From: Gammaproteobacteria bacterium
GTDB lineage: Bacteria; Pseudomonadota; Gammaproteobacteria; Eutrophobiales; Eutrophobiaceae
DNA length: 64,000 bases
Direction of reading: 5' to 3'
Assembly (NCBI GenBank): GCA_965116495.1
Contig: OZ220696.1
Location: forward strand, 1,664,001-1,728,000
Positions 37,910 through 48,324 of this stretch are shown here, in pieces. The position numbers and the translations under genes are program-made. The notes beneath the pieces were generated by a model, which saw nothing but the letters and a program-made list of their open reading frames with translations, did not search any database and was not told the DNA's origin. Positions within the stretch are counted from its first letter, which is position 1. Every line of letters starts with the position of its first letter.

Positions 37910-38892
37910 ACATAGACATCCACAGCCATTTCTACCCGGACGCGATTCCCGACTTATCCACCCGCTTCGGTGGCGAGTGGCCGGGGTTTCGCCATACCGG
38001 ACCCGGCAAGGGCATGATCACCCTGGGGAACCGGGATTACCGGCCGGTGTACGAGGCGTGCTGGAACCCGGCGCTGCGGCTGGAGGAAATGGACCGTGAC
38101 GGCATAACCATCCAGGTTATGTGCGCCACCCCGTTGCTGTTCGCCTATGAAAAACCCGCGCACCAGGCGCTGGAATGCGCCAGGCTGTTTAACGACATGG
38201 CGCTGGAGTTATGCGGCCACGCGCCCGAGCGGCTGAAAGCGCTGTGCCAGGTGCCGCTGCAGGATACCGACGCATCCTGCCGGGAGGTGAGCCGGGCCGC
38301 GCGGGCCGGACATATCGGAGTACAGATCGGCAACCACGTCGGGCCGCGCAACCTGGATGATGAGGGTCTGATTACCTTCCTGCAACACTGCGCTGCGGAA
38401 GACGTGCCGGTACTGGTGCACCCCTGGGACATGATGGCGCCGGAACGCATGCCCGGATACATGCTGCAATGGCTGGTGGCCATGCCGGCAGAGACGCAGT
38501 TATCCATCCTGTCCCTGATCCTGTCCGGCGCGTTCGAACGCCTGCCACGCAGCCTGCGCATCTGCTTCGCCCACGGCGGCGGCAGCTTCGCCTTCCTGCT
38601 CGGCCGCGTGGACAATGCCTGGCACAACCGCGACCTCGTGCGCAAGGACTGCCCGCACCCGCCGTCACATTACACCGACCGCTTCTACACGGACTCAGCC
38701 GTGTTTGATGAGAACGCCCTGGCGTTACTGGTAAACGTCATGGGAGAGGAACGCGTCATGCTCGGCTCCGACTACCCGTTCCCCCTGGGCGAACAGCGTG
38801 TCGGGTCGCTGATCAGCGGCTCAGGTAAATTCAGTGCGGCGACTAAAACCAGATTGTTGGGGGGTAATGCTGTTAAGTTTTTTGATCTTTGA
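37906..38892 (+). CDS. nbaD: 2-amino-3-carboxymuconate-6-semialdehyde decarboxylase (ACMSD)
   Basis: IDIHSH, VPLQD, QIGNH, LVHPWDM, MPAET, FAHGGG, LGSDYPFPLGE. Confidence 0.88.
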   Translation: MNIDIHSHFYPDAIPDLSTRFGGEWPGFRHTGPGKGMITLGNRDYRPVYEACWNPALRLEEMDRDGITIQVMCATPLLFAYEKPAHQALECARLFNDMALELCGHAPERLKALCQVPLQDTDASCREVSRAARAGHIGVQIGNHVGPRNLDDEGLITFLQHCAAEDVPVLVHPWDMMAPERMPGYMLQWLVAMPAETQLSILSLILSGAFERLPRSLRICFAHGGGSFAFLLGRVDNAWHNRDLVRKDCPHPPSHYTDRFYTDSAVFDENALALLVNVMGEERVMLGSDYPFPLGEQRVGSLISGSGKFSAATKTRLLGGNAVKFFDL

Positions 38893-39050
38893 AAGTGTTT
38901 TGCAACCACCAGACGAGTGGTGCTGCAATTTTTCCTTCAGTCTTGCATCCGGAGGATCTTGAAGCGCCAAGCATCCCAGCTCGGCCTTACAGGCTTATGC
39001 GTTAGGCCGAGGGCAGAATTAATCCTGTCCATCCTGCACATCAAGGTTGA

Positions 39051-39805
39051 TCATTTCATCTCCGGAAAAATGCTGTTGAGCCGGTGCACAAAACCAGCAG
39101 GGTCTTCCAGTTGACCGCCTTCGCTTAACAGGACCTGTTCGAACAGGATGTTGGCCCAGTCACTGAAGCGGTTGTCATCCTCCTCGTCCTGTAGCTTGCC
39201 GACAATGGGATGGTCCGGGTTAATCTCCAGGATGGGTTTTGTCGCGGGGAGTTGCTGGCCTGAAGCTTTCAGGATCTGTTCCAAATGGCGGCCCACGGTC
39301 TCCACGGTGTATTCGCTCCTGCCGTCAGAGACCCAGCGCACGCCCTCCTCTCTTGGCAGCCCCGCACAGCGAAGTGACTACCTCCACCTTTTCGGCTACG
39401 ATGAACGAGGAATAAAACCCCACGCCGAACTGGCCTATCAGTTGCGAATCCTTGCCCTGATCACCGGTCAGCGAGGCGAAGAACTGTTTGGTGCCGGATT
39501 TGGCGATTGGTGCCCAGGTTATCCACCACTTCCTGTCTGGACATGCCGATGCCGTTGTCGATAACGGTAACGGTCTTCTGCGTCTTGTTGTATTCCACCC
39601 GGATCTTCAGTTCCGCGTCGTCCTCGAACAGGCTGTCGTCCTGCAAGCCTTCAAAACGCAGCCGGTCGGCGGCGTCGGAGGCGTTCGAGATCAGTTCACG
39701 CAGGAAGATCTCCTGGTTGCTGTACAAGGAGTGGATCATCAGGTCCAGCAACTGCTGGACTTCCGTTTGAAAACCAAGCGCTTCTTTTTGTGCATCTACT
39801 GTCAT
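39051..39805 (-). pseudogene. htpG: HtpG (Hsp90) pseudogene with frameshifts and a large internal deletion
   Basis: [30 protein letters not shown], +1 frameshift, GQFGVGFYS, then EYTVETV joined to the C-terminal KPILEINPDHP..LEDPAGFV. Confidence 0.9.
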
Positions 39806-39930
39806 GGCATCCCCGTTATAACGAAATGTTCGAATGCCTTATTTGGGGGTTAATGCGCGAAATTTCAAGGGAATGCACGGCTGCCTTATAATGGTTCCCA
39901 TCGGATAACAGACGTACTTGCGTACAGTTA

Positions 39931-40755
39931 TTATTCAGGCTTCATAAACTTCATGGTCATCCGGTCGCTCTCACCAATGGCGGCATACTTCTCGCGATCC
40001 TCATCGCCCAGCCGGTAGACCGGCGGCAGGGTCCAGACGCCTTTCGGGTGGTCTTTGGTATCCTTCGGGTTGGCATTGATCTCGGTCTTGTCAACGAACT
40101 GAAGCCCGGCCTGCTCTACCAGGCGGATGACTTCGGCCTCGGATACATAACCCCGTTCTGACCATTCCTTGCCGACCATGTGCTCCTCGCCCCTGTGGGT
40201 TACCAGACCCAGGATGCCTCCCGGTTTGAGCACCTTGTAAATCGCTGAAAAAACCTGGTTCGCCATGTCGTTATTCAGCCAGTTGTGAACATTGCGGAAG
40301 GTCAGCACCATGTCCGCCTGCCCTTCCGGTTGCAGATCCGGCTTGTTCGGAGGCGCGAACTCAAACATGTTGACGTTGCCGTATATCTCCGGAGCAGAGG
40401 CCAGCTTGTCCGCGTATTTTTTGTAGCTTTTGCGGTAGTACTCTATCTCGGATTCACTGTCGTAGCTTCCCACATAGAATTTCCCGTTATCCCTTAAGTA
40501 CGGCGCCAGAATCTCGGAATACCAGCCGCCTGCGCCCGGGGATATTTCGACCACGGTCAGGTCATTGCGGATGCCGAACCAGTCCAGTGTCTTTGCCGGG
40601 TTGCGGTACTGGTTGCGCGCCTTGTAGGCGTCGGAACGATGGTCGCCGTTGGCGAGCACCGTGAGTTGGTTAATGTTTTCATTGGCAACCGCCACGCTTG
40701 CCGGCAGACCCAGGCTTGCTATTAATACCACCAGACAATACTTCAGTTTCATCAC
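39931..40755 (-). CDS. Exported class I SAM-dependent methyltransferase-like protein
   Basis: Signal peptide, VVEISPGAGGWYSEILAP, TFRNVHNW, LKPGG, GVWTLPP, IGESDRM. Confidence 0.82.
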   Translation of the reverse strand: MMKLKYCLVVLIASLGLPASVAVANENINQLTVLANGDHRSDAYKARNQYRNPAKTLDWFGIRNDLTVVEISPGAGGWYSEILAPYLRDNGKFYVGSYDSESEIEYYRKSYKKYADKLASAPEIYGNVNMFEFAPPNKPDLQPEGQADMVLTFRNVHNWLNNDMANQVFSAIYKVLKPGGILGLVTHRGEEHMVGKEWSERGYVSEAEVIRLVEQAGLQFVDKTEINANPKDTKDHPKGVWTLPPVYRLGDEDREKYAAIGESDRMTMKFMKPE

Positions 40756-40823
40756 TCTTTTCCTCCGTTATACCGGTTAATGCGTATATGTTACCCTGTC
40801 TTGTCATCGTTGAGAAATGTCAA

Positions 40824-41597
40824 ATGAAACAAGTCGCCGTCATTACGGGAGCCGGAGCCGGAATCGGCCGGGCCTGCGCCGGGAATCTTGCAGAAAAAGG
40901 CTACCGTGTTGTGATTACGGATATCGATCCGGGCCGGGTTGCGGAGACGACTGCTGAAATCACCGGGGCAGGGAGCGCTGCCATCGGCATCACCGGCGAT
41001 ATTTCCCTCGCTGAGACTGCGCTGGAAATCAGGGGAAAAACCCTGGACGCATGGGGCCGGATAGACGTACTGGTTGCCAACGCGGGGATACAGACCGGCG
41101 GGAGCCTGCTCGGTACCGGGGAACAGGACTGGGACATGATCCTGGCCGTCAACCTGAAAGGCGTGGCGCATTGCTGCAAAGCGGTGTTGCCGGCCATGCG
41201 GGAACAGCAATGCGGGGCAATTGTTATCGTCTCATCGGTGAATGCTGTTGTCGGCTCTGCCGGCATGGCCATGTATGACGCCAGCAAGGCAGCCGTGCTG
41301 GCGCTGATGCGCAACCTGGCGGTTGAAAACGGCGAGTACGGGATCAGGGTGAATGCCGTCGCCCCGGGCGCAACACTGACCGATTATCACCTGCAACGGG
41401 CAGCAGCCAGTGGGATGACCGGGCAGCAACTACGGGAAACCACCCGTGGCTATGGCTTGCTCGGCCGCGCTGCGGAACCGGATGAGATCGCACGCGCCAT
41501 CTGTTTCCTGGCATCGGATGAAGCATCGTTTATCACCGGCCAGACACTGTTCGCGGATGGCGGTTTTTCGGTCACATCCAACCGTCAGCCTGCCTGA
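40824..41597 (+). CDS. SDR family oxidoreductase
   Basis: TGAGAGIG, ANAG, YDASK, VNAVAPG. Confidence 0.92.
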   Translation: MKQVAVITGAGAGIGRACAGNLAEKGYRVVITDIDPGRVAETTAEITGAGSAAIGITGDISLAETALEIRGKTLDAWGRIDVLVANAGIQTGGSLLGTGEQDWDMILAVNLKGVAHCCKAVLPAMREQQCGAIVIVSSVNAVVGSAGMAMYDASKAAVLALMRNLAVENGEYGIRVNAVAPGATLTDYHLQRAAASGMTGQQLRETTRGYGLLGRAAEPDEIARAICFLASDEASFITGQTLFADGGFSVTSNRQPA

Positions 41598-41609
41598 ACC
41601 CGCATAACC

Positions 41610-42599
41610 ATGACGGACAGAATTAAATGGGGCATCCTCGGGACCGGACGCATCGCCCGGAGTTTCGCGATTGCCCTGAACTATCTCGAAGACGCCGAAC
41701 TGTACGGAATAGCTTCCCGGTCTGAAGATAAAGCTGCTGCGTTTTCCGAAGAGTATTCAGTGCAGAAACATTTTCACGATTACAGGAGTCTCGCCGCCGA
41801 CCCTGACATCGACGTCGTGTATATCGCCACTCCCCATTCCCTGCACAAGGAGAACTGCCTGATGTGCCTGGAAAACGGCAAGGCCGTATTGTGCGAAAAA
41901 CCCTTTACAATCAATGCTTCGGAAGCGGCTGAGGTTATCGACTGCGCCCGTGAAAGCCGGTTGTTTCTCATGGAGGCGATGTGGACCCGTTTCGTCCCTG
42001 CAGCAGTTAAATTGAAGGAACTGATCACGGATAACGTCATCGGCGATATCCGGTACCTGTTTGCCGGCGGCGCAATCATACCCGGTTTTGAGCCGGATTT
42101 TTACGTGTTCAGGAAAGAACTGGGCGGCGGCGTGCTGCTCGATGCCGGTGTTTACCTGGTATCGCTGGCGTCCTGGCTGCTGGGCTATCCGGATAAAATC
42201 CAGTCCGTTGGAAAGCTGAATGACCGCGGCGTCGACGACCACGATGCGCTCCTGCTGGAGTACGACAGCGGCGCCATTGCCAGCATGTACGTTTCAATGC
42301 GCAGCAAATCCCGCCCGGATATTACCGTCCTGGGCGGCAAGGGAAAGATTTATGTCCACCCGCCCCTGTTCTGTCCCAGCAAAATTACCCTGAGCCTGTT
42401 CGATGCAGAAGAAACAGAAATAACTCTACCGATAGAATCCAACGGCTATCAATTTGAGGTAATGGAAGTTAACCGCTGCCTGCGGGAAGGAAGAACGGAA
42501 AGCGATGTCATGCCGTTGGACGAGACACTGGACATCATGCGGATAATGGATGAGATACGGGGACAGTTCGGCCTGAAATATCCGCTGGAAGCATCCTGA
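41610..42599 (+). CDS. Gfo/Idh/MocA family oxidoreductase
   Basis: WGILGTG.IA, YIATPH, LCEKP, MEAMWTRF, GGGVLLD. Confidence 0.92.
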   Translation: MTDRIKWGILGTGRIARSFAIALNYLEDAELYGIASRSEDKAAAFSEEYSVQKHFHDYRSLAADPDIDVVYIATPHSLHKENCLMCLENGKAVLCEKPFTINASEAAEVIDCARESRLFLMEAMWTRFVPAAVKLKELITDNVIGDIRYLFAGGAIIPGFEPDFYVFRKELGGGVLLDAGVYLVSLASWLLGYPDKIQSVGKLNDRGVDDHDALLLEYDSGAIASMYVSMRSKSRPDITVLGGKGKIYVHPPLFCPSKITLSLFDAEETEITLPIESNGYQFEVMEVNRCLREGRTESDVMPLDETLDIMRIMDEIRGQFGLKYPLEAS

Positions 42600-42686
42600 A
42601 GTGGGTATATAATGTATTCGTTTCCAGGCTACCGTCATTCTGGCGAACGCCGGAATCCAGAAGGTAGCTTCTCACAATAACGTAAT

Positions 42687-42759
42687 GCCGGATTAGCTCA
42701 GTTGGTAGAGCGCCCGCCTTGTAAGCGGATGGTCGGCGGTTCGAATCCGTCATCCGGCA
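42687..42759 (+). tRNA. tRNA-Thr (anticodon TGT)
   Basis: Acceptor GCCGGAT/ATCCGGC, D arm GCTCAGTTGGTAGAGC, loop CTTGTAA, T arm GGTTCGAATCC; CCA not encoded. Confidence 0.92.
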
Positions 42760-43059
42760 GATTTTTCTTCTGACTGCTTGTGAAACGAAACAAGGGCAGG
42801 TCAATAAAGAGAATTCCTGTGTTAGCATAACAGGATACCGTGAGGCCGGTCTGATCCCCGGCGCCGAGGTCCTGTTGCGGAGCGCGGCACTGAACTTCTC
42901 CGCCTTTGCCTTGCCATCTTCGGGCAAACCAGTCGGCGTTATCCTACAGTCTGACCAACGTATCGATATATGACGGACTCCGGTACAGACAGGGCTGAAT
43001 AATTGTATTCTTGAATTTGGCCTGTAATTGCGTTATATTGCACCTGGTATATTGATCAT

Positions 43060-43418
43060 GGGGGCGTACCTGGTTTCGACGAGGGTGCTGAATCCCAAGG
43101 GGCATGCCGAGGCGCAGAATACCTCGTAAATACATCTGCAAACTTTTATAGTTGACGAAGAGTACAACTACGCTCTGGCCGCATAAAGCCGGCCAGCCTC
43201 TGACTGATTAGTGCTTGTGCTTTCAATCCCAGAGGTCAGATACACAAGCTCGCGATGAAGTCTGTCCGGGGTGGATTCGCTAAAACTTAACGGACTCGTT
43301 GCCTGCGTTCCCCCGCCGTTTCGGGTAACAGGCGATTAAATTCAATGATTCGGCTAAGCATGTAGAACCGAAGGCTGATGGCTCGCGGACGCCGGTTCGA
43401 CTCCGGCCGCCTCCACCA
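43060..43418 (+). ncRNA. ssrA: tmRNA
   Basis: GGGGGCG/CGCCTCCACCA acceptor with G3-U70, GGTTTCGAC, T arm GGTTCGACTCC, tag ORF ending NYALAA-TAA (43154-43186). Confidence 0.96.
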
Positions 43419-43465
43419 TGTCATTGACTGGATTCTGGCTTCCGCCAGAACGACGGGACAATGGT

Positions 43466-43948
43466 TCAGATATACATCATGATACTGTCCAGCGGCGCGT
43501 CTGCGTTAAGCAGGTCCACGCGCTTGAATTTTATTTTCAGCCCCTCCCCTGTCTGAACCAGGCGCCAGGTGACAGTTCCGGCAAAGGTGTCCTGTTTGCG
43601 GTGATGGATCACGGCGATCACGCTCGCAGTGACGGTAATCCCGCCGTCAGGACCTGCCGGTGTACCGGTTTCCAGTTTTGACAGGATGCGCACGGACCGC
43701 ACCTCCTGCTGCATGGACGGCGATAACGGGTTGTGCAGGTTGTACTTGCGCATTTCCATCAGGGCGCGGTTGTCGTAGATCAGGGAATCGTGCTGTTCCG
43801 GGTCGGTCTGGTCCCGTTCCAGCGGCATCCAGTAAAAACCGTCTTCCGTAAACAGGGAGATCCAGGTATCGAGGTCAGCCTTATCCAGGCAGCGCGTCTC
43901 CAGGCGGATCAGGTCTGCGATAGCTTCCTGTAGTGTATCGTCAGCCAT
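43466..43948 (-). CDS. Aromatic ring-hydroxylating dioxygenase beta subunit
   Basis: E..CLD...LDTW, YWMP, SLIYD, LKIKFKRVDLLN. Confidence 0.9.
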   Translation of the reverse strand: MADDTLQEAIADLIRLETRCLDKADLDTWISLFTEDGFYWMPLERDQTDPEQHDSLIYDNRALMEMRKYNLHNPLSPSMQQEVRSVRILSKLETGTPAGPDGGITVTASVIAVIHHRKQDTFAGTVTWRLVQTGEGLKIKFKRVDLLNADAPLDSIMMYI

Positions 43949-43949
43949 T

Positions 43950-45266
43950 TCAGATCATATATTCGAGCCAGGCCGTGTACTGGTTGCGCAACGCCAGGTC
44001 GCTGGTGCCGGCTGCCCTTAGCCTCCCCCCGTCCCGGACTTCCCTGCCGTAGTGGCGGTGCATGTCTATCCATTCGGCTGCGCCAGCCTCAGCGCTTTCC
44101 TGGATCCGGATATAGCATTCCAGGTCATCCGGGCCGACCATCGAGGCAGGGGAGTTGATCAGGCGCGAGTAGCGCAGGGTGCGTTCCAGCATGTTCGGAG
44201 GCGCCCCTTTCAACCTGAAAGTCCAGGATTCGATGATGGTTTCGTTGACCGACACCGGTATGACGATACGGACGGATTGAATATTGTCACGCACCGTGCA
44301 GGAGGGGTAGAGCAGACCGTTATGGCGGTTGAACGAGAGTATTTCCCGGGTGCGTTCCCTGCCGTAGGCCTGTTCCATCGCCTGCAGGTAATCGGGGTAG
44401 ACCTGGTAGTGGCTGAAAATGCTGGATGTACCGCCCATGTAGGCATGTCCCCGCGGCAGCCCGACAAAACCCATCTTGTCGAAGAAGTCATAGGATCCGC
44501 CAAACGGGGCGATGACTTCCGCTTCCGGTAACGGGTCATGGCCGGACGGAAGCTGTTCCAAGTATTGCCGTACCGCGTCACTGGTGCCGGCATGGGCCAC
44601 CATGGGGTGCATGGCGTCGTGCAGGTTCTCGGTGAAGAACTTCCAGTTGACCGGATGACGAAACCGGTGACAGGTCTTCCCGGTCACCTCAACCTCACCG
44701 GCGGGCGCGCGATCGACCATGTTATCAATGGTGTCGCGCATTTCACCGAGGAAGCTTTCAAGGTCAGGCCCTGTCGCGGAAAGAGAGGCGAAGACAAAAC
44801 CCCGATACTGCCCGGTTCTGGCCACCCCGGGCAGACCGTATTCGGTAGCGCTGCTGTCGAAACCCACGTCCCTGTAGCCGGCCGGGCTCGGCTGCGAGCG
44901 CAATGACCCGTCCGTCCGGTACGTCCAGCCGTGATACGGGCACTTGAATATCCCGTTGCCGGCGCTGCCGTTACGGGCCTGGCAGACCTGTGCGCCGCGA
45001 TGCCCGCAGCGGTTCACCAACACGTTGATATCAGTGCCGTTCATGTCCCTGACCATGATGACCGGCGTAAGCCCGATACTGGTGGTAAGATAATCCCCTG
45101 GGGATTTAACCTGGCTCTCATGGCCGACGTAGATCCATGCCTGCCCCCAGATCCGCTCCATTTCCAGTTTGAAGATATCTTCCCTGACATAGACGTCTCG
45201 GTGTACGCGGGCAGGTTCGACCAGGGAGTTCAGGGCTTTGGGGTTGTCGTAGAGCTCGTGTCTCAT
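43950..45266 (-). CDS. Rieske aromatic ring-hydroxylating dioxygenase alpha subunit
   Basis: NRCGHRG and CPYHGW Rieske ligands, NWK..ENLHDAMHPMVAH, DDLE; ATG at 45266. Confidence 0.93.
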   Translation of the reverse strand: MRHELYDNPKALNSLVEPARVHRDVYVREDIFKLEMERIWGQAWIYVGHESQVKSPGDYLTTSIGLTPVIMVRDMNGTDINVLVNRCGHRGAQVCQARNGSAGNGIFKCPYHGWTYRTDGSLRSQPSPAGYRDVGFDSSATEYGLPGVARTGQYRGFVFASLSATGPDLESFLGEMRDTIDNMVDRAPAGEVEVTGKTCHRFRHPVNWKFFTENLHDAMHPMVAHAGTSDAVRQYLEQLPSGHDPLPEAEVIAPFGGSYDFFDKMGFVGLPRGHAYMGGTSSIFSHYQVYPDYLQAMEQAYGRERTREILSFNRHNGLLYPSCTVRDNIQSVRIVIPVSVNETIIESWTFRLKGAPPNMLERTLRYSRLINSPASMVGPDDLECYIRIQESAEAGAAEWIDMHRHYGREVRDGGRLRAAGTSDLALRNQYTAWLEYMI

Positions 45267-45329
45267 TGTCGACAGGTTATAAAGATTTATGGATGCTGGG
45301 TCAAGCCCGGCATGACGATAACAAAATAA

Positions 45330-45352
45330 AAAGCCGGACAATGTCCGGCTTT
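45330..45352 (-). terminator. Intrinsic terminator after rplQ
   Basis: aaagccggac-aat-gtccggcttt hairpin with T tract on the minus strand. Confidence 0.75.
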
Positions 45353-45384
45353 GAGTTCTTACCACTTTATCAGTTATAGTTATC

Positions 45385-45783
45385 TCAGCTTTCCGTACTA
45401 TTGTTATTTTCTTCCGAACTTGTTACGGGCCGGTCTACCAGTTCCACGATGGCCATCGGCGCCTTATCACCGACCCGGTAACCGCATTTCAGTATGCGCA
45501 GGTAGCCACCCGGCCTGCTCTTGTAACGCGGTCCTAATTCATTAAACAGCTTGGTCACCGTCGGCCTGTCGCGCAAACGGGAGAATGCCAGTCTGCGCCT
45601 GGCAACGGAATCCGTTTTTGCCAGTGTAATCAAAGGTTCGGCCACGCGGCGCAATTCCTTGGCCTTGGCAACGGTGGTTTTGATCGTTTCGTGCTGTACC
45701 AGCGAGACGGCCATATTACGAAACATCGCCTTGCGATGGCTGCTGTTCCGGTTCAGTTTCCGCCCGCTTTCTCTATGTCGCAT
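45385..45783 (-). CDS. rplQ: 50S ribosomal protein L17
   Basis: [28 protein letters not shown]. Confidence 0.97.
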   Translation of the reverse strand: MRHRESGRKLNRNSSHRKAMFRNMAVSLVQHETIKTTVAKAKELRRVAEPLITLAKTDSVARRRLAFSRLRDRPTVTKLFNELGPRYKSRPGGYLRILKCGYRVGDKAPMAIVELVDRPVTSSEENNNSTES

Positions 45784-45802
45784 AACAGTAACCCGGCTAA
45801 AT

Positions 45803-46822
45803 CTAATGTGATATGACAGACGCCATTTCCCTTTCCTCATACAGGTCGGAAGGGGGCCAGTTTTCCAGCCTCATCCCCAGCGACAGGCCGCGGGAGGCGA
45901 GCACGTCCTTGATTTCCGTCAGGGATTTTTTACCCAGGTTCGGGGTCTTTAACAATTCCATTTCCGTACGCTGAATCAGGTCGCCGATATAGTAGATACT
46001 TTCCGCCTTCAGACAGTTGGCCGAACGAACGGTGAGTTCCAGGTCATCCACAGGGCGTAACAGGACGGGATCGATATCCGGCTCATCACTCGCTGCCGGG
46101 GTTTCTTCGGCCTGTTCCGCTTCCAGGTCAACGAATATGGATAACTGGTTGCGCAGGATAAGCGCAGCTTCCTTGATGGCTTCTTCCGGGTTGATAGTAC
46201 CGTTCGTTTCCACTTCAAGAATCAACTTGTCCAGGTCCGTCTGTTGTTCCACGCGGGCACTCTGGACATCATAAGACACGCGTTTAACGGGACTGAACGA
46301 AGCATCCAGCTTCAGCCTGCCTATACTCTGTCCGATATCTTCATCCGGATTGCCTATCGTTACTGGGCGGTAACCGCGTCCGCGCTCAACTATGATACTC
46401 ATATTCAACTCACCGGCCCGGGTGAGATTTGCAATCGGTTGATCGGGATTGGCAATTTCCACGTCGTGGTCCACGCTGATGTCGCTTGCCTTGACTTCAC
46501 CCGGTCCGATCTTGCTCAAAGACAGGGTGACATCGTCCTTGGCATGTACATTGATCGCCAGTTCCTTCAGGTTCAGCAGGATATCCGTCACATCCTCGTG
46601 CACACCGTCGATTGTTGTATATTCGTGTAACACACCGTCTATTTCCACTTCGGTCACCGCACAACCTGACATGGATGACAACAAAACCCGGCGCAAGGCA
46701 TTGCCTAAAGTATGACCAAAACCACGATTGAGCGGTTCTATGGTAATTTTTGCCAGCGTATTGCTGATGTTTTCCACATCAACCCGGCGCGGTTTTAATA
46801 ATTCACTGAATGTTGAAGGCAT
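45803..46822 (-). CDS. rpoA: RNA polymerase alpha subunit
   Basis: [32 protein letters not shown]. Confidence 0.98.
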   Translation of the reverse strand: MPSTFSELLKPRRVDVENISNTLAKITIEPLNRGFGHTLGNALRRVLLSSMSGCAVTEVEIDGVLHEYTTIDGVHEDVTDILLNLKELAINVHAKDDVTLSLSKIGPGEVKASDISVDHDVEIANPDQPIANLTRAGELNMSIIVERGRGYRPVTIGNPDEDIGQSIGRLKLDASFSPVKRVSYDVQSARVEQQTDLDKLILEVETNGTINPEEAIKEAALILRNQLSIFVDLEAEQAEETPAASDEPDIDPVLLRPVDDLELTVRSANCLKAESIYYIGDLIQRTEMELLKTPNLGKKSLTEIKDVLASRGLSLGMRLENWPPSDLYEEREMASVISH

Positions 46823-46843
46823 ATCTGTTGTTCCTGTAGCTGC

Positions 46844-47464
46844 TTACTTGGAATAAAGTTCTACGACTAACTGTTCGTTTATATCCGATGGCAGTTCACT
46901 GCGTTCAGGCGTTGATTTAAACACTCCTGCCATCTTCTTGGGATCAACCTCTACCCACTCCGGAAACCCGATCTGTTCTGCTACATTAAGGGCATCCTGG
47001 ATGCGCAGTTGTTTCTTGTTTTTTTCCTTTATCTCAACCTTGTCCTCGGGCTTGACCTGATAGGATGGAATATTAACGGACTGTCCATTTACCAGTATCG
47101 ATTTGTGGCTTACCAGTTGCCTGGCCTCATTACGGGTACAGCCAAACCCCATCCGGAACACCACGTTGTCAAGGCGAGTTTCAAGAATTTGCAACAGGTT
47201 CTCTCCGGTGGATCCTTTACGCCGGACTGCTTCCTTGTAATAGCGGCGAAACTGCTTTTCCAGGACACCATAGATGCGCCGCAGCTTCTGCTTTTCCCTG
47301 AGTTGAACAGCATAGTCAGACAACCTCTTTGCCCTGACGCCTTGCTGGCCGGGCGGTTTGTCAATCTGGCATTTGGATTCTATAGGCCGTGCACGGCTTT
47401 TCAAAAACAGGTCGACGCCTTCACGGCGACTCAGCTTACATTTGGGTCCTAGGTAACGAGCCAT
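46844..47464 (-). CDS. rpsD: 30S ribosomal protein S4
   Basis: [25 protein letters not shown]. Confidence 0.97.
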   Translation of the reverse strand: MARYLGPKCKLSRREGVDLFLKSRARPIESKCQIDKPPGQQGVRAKRLSDYAVQLREKQKLRRIYGVLEKQFRRYYKEAVRRKGSTGENLLQILETRLDNVVFRMGFGCTRNEARQLVSHKSILVNGQSVNIPSYQVKPEDKVEIKEKNKKQLRIQDALNVAEQIGFPEWVEVDPKKMAGVFKSTPERSELPSDINEQLVVELYSK

Positions 47465-47475
47465 ATCTCCTCCGA

Positions 47476-47862
47476 TTACACCCGCCTTCTTTTTGGCGGG
47501 CGACAACCATTATGGGGGATGGGCGTTACGTCAGTGATATTGGTAATCTTATAGCCCAGTGCATTCAATGCGCGTACTGCCGACTCCCGGCCTGGTCCGG
47601 GACCTTTAATATTCACTTCCAGGTTCTTCATGCCGAACTCCTGTGCCACTTCACCCACTTTCTGGGCAGCGATCTGCGCGGCAAACGGCGTGCTTTTGCG
47701 TGAGCCGCGAAATCCACTACCGCCGGCCGTGGCCCACGCAAGCGTATTGCCCTGCCTGTCGGTAATATTGATGATGGTATTGTTAAATGACGCATGAACG
47801 TGCGCGATACCATCAACTACCGTTTTCTTGACCTTCTTTCTTGTACTTCTCGGTTTTGCCAT
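47476..47862 (-). CDS. rpsK: 30S ribosomal protein S11
   Basis: [30 protein letters not shown]. Confidence 0.98.
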   Translation of the reverse strand: MAKPRSTRKKVKKTVVDGIAHVHASFNNTIINITDRQGNTLAWATAGGSGFRGSRKSTPFAAQIAAQKVGEVAQEFGMKNLEVNIKGPGPGRESAVRALNALGYKITNITDVTPIPHNGCRPPKRRRV

Positions 47863-47878
47863 TCACTTTCTCGTAGTG

Positions 47879-48235
47879 TTACTTTTTGATGATCCGGCGA
47901 GGCCCTTTGCGTGTCCTCGCATTCGTACGGGTACGCTGGCCGCGCAAGGGAAGCCCGCGCCGGTGACGGATGCCACGGTATGAGCCTAAATCCATCAGGC
48001 GCTTGATGTTCATGGATACATCCCTGCGTAAATCACCTTCCAGCTCATAATTCGTGACTTCCGCACGCAGCTGGTCCAGTTGGCCCTCACTGAGCGTCGA
48101 CACCTTGACGGCAGGTTCTATTCCCGTTGCCGAACAGATTTTCCGGGCACTGGTATTTCCTATGCCATAAATATGGGTCAACGCAATGCTGACGTGTTTA
48201 TTATCCGGGATATTTACCCCTGCAATACGAGCCAT
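47879..48235 (-). CDS. rpsM: 30S ribosomal protein S13
   Basis: [24 protein letters not shown]. Confidence 0.98.
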   Translation of the reverse strand: MARIAGVNIPDNKHVSIALTHIYGIGNTSARKICSATGIEPAVKVSTLSEGQLDQLRAEVTNYELEGDLRRDVSMNIKRLMDLGSYRGIRHRRGLPLRGQRTRTNARTRKGPRRIIKK

Positions 48236-48324
48236 CAGTTTTCTCTCCTGTCAGTTTCCGGCAGAGGACGGAATTGAATTCCGTCCCCGTACGATTTCAA
48301 TAGGTTCTTGAGTCACCATTCGGC

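Noticed and set aside
38981-39010. attC-like palindrome tcggccttac...gttaggccga
   Set aside because: Too short, imperfect inverse core, single copy, no integron integrase; more likely a terminator-type hairpin between convergent genes
42760-43000. Minus-strand frame with an in-frame TAG (LVRL*DNADWFARRW), possible recoding
   Set aside because: No recognisable family, start signal or pyrrolysine machinery; at most a decayed fragment
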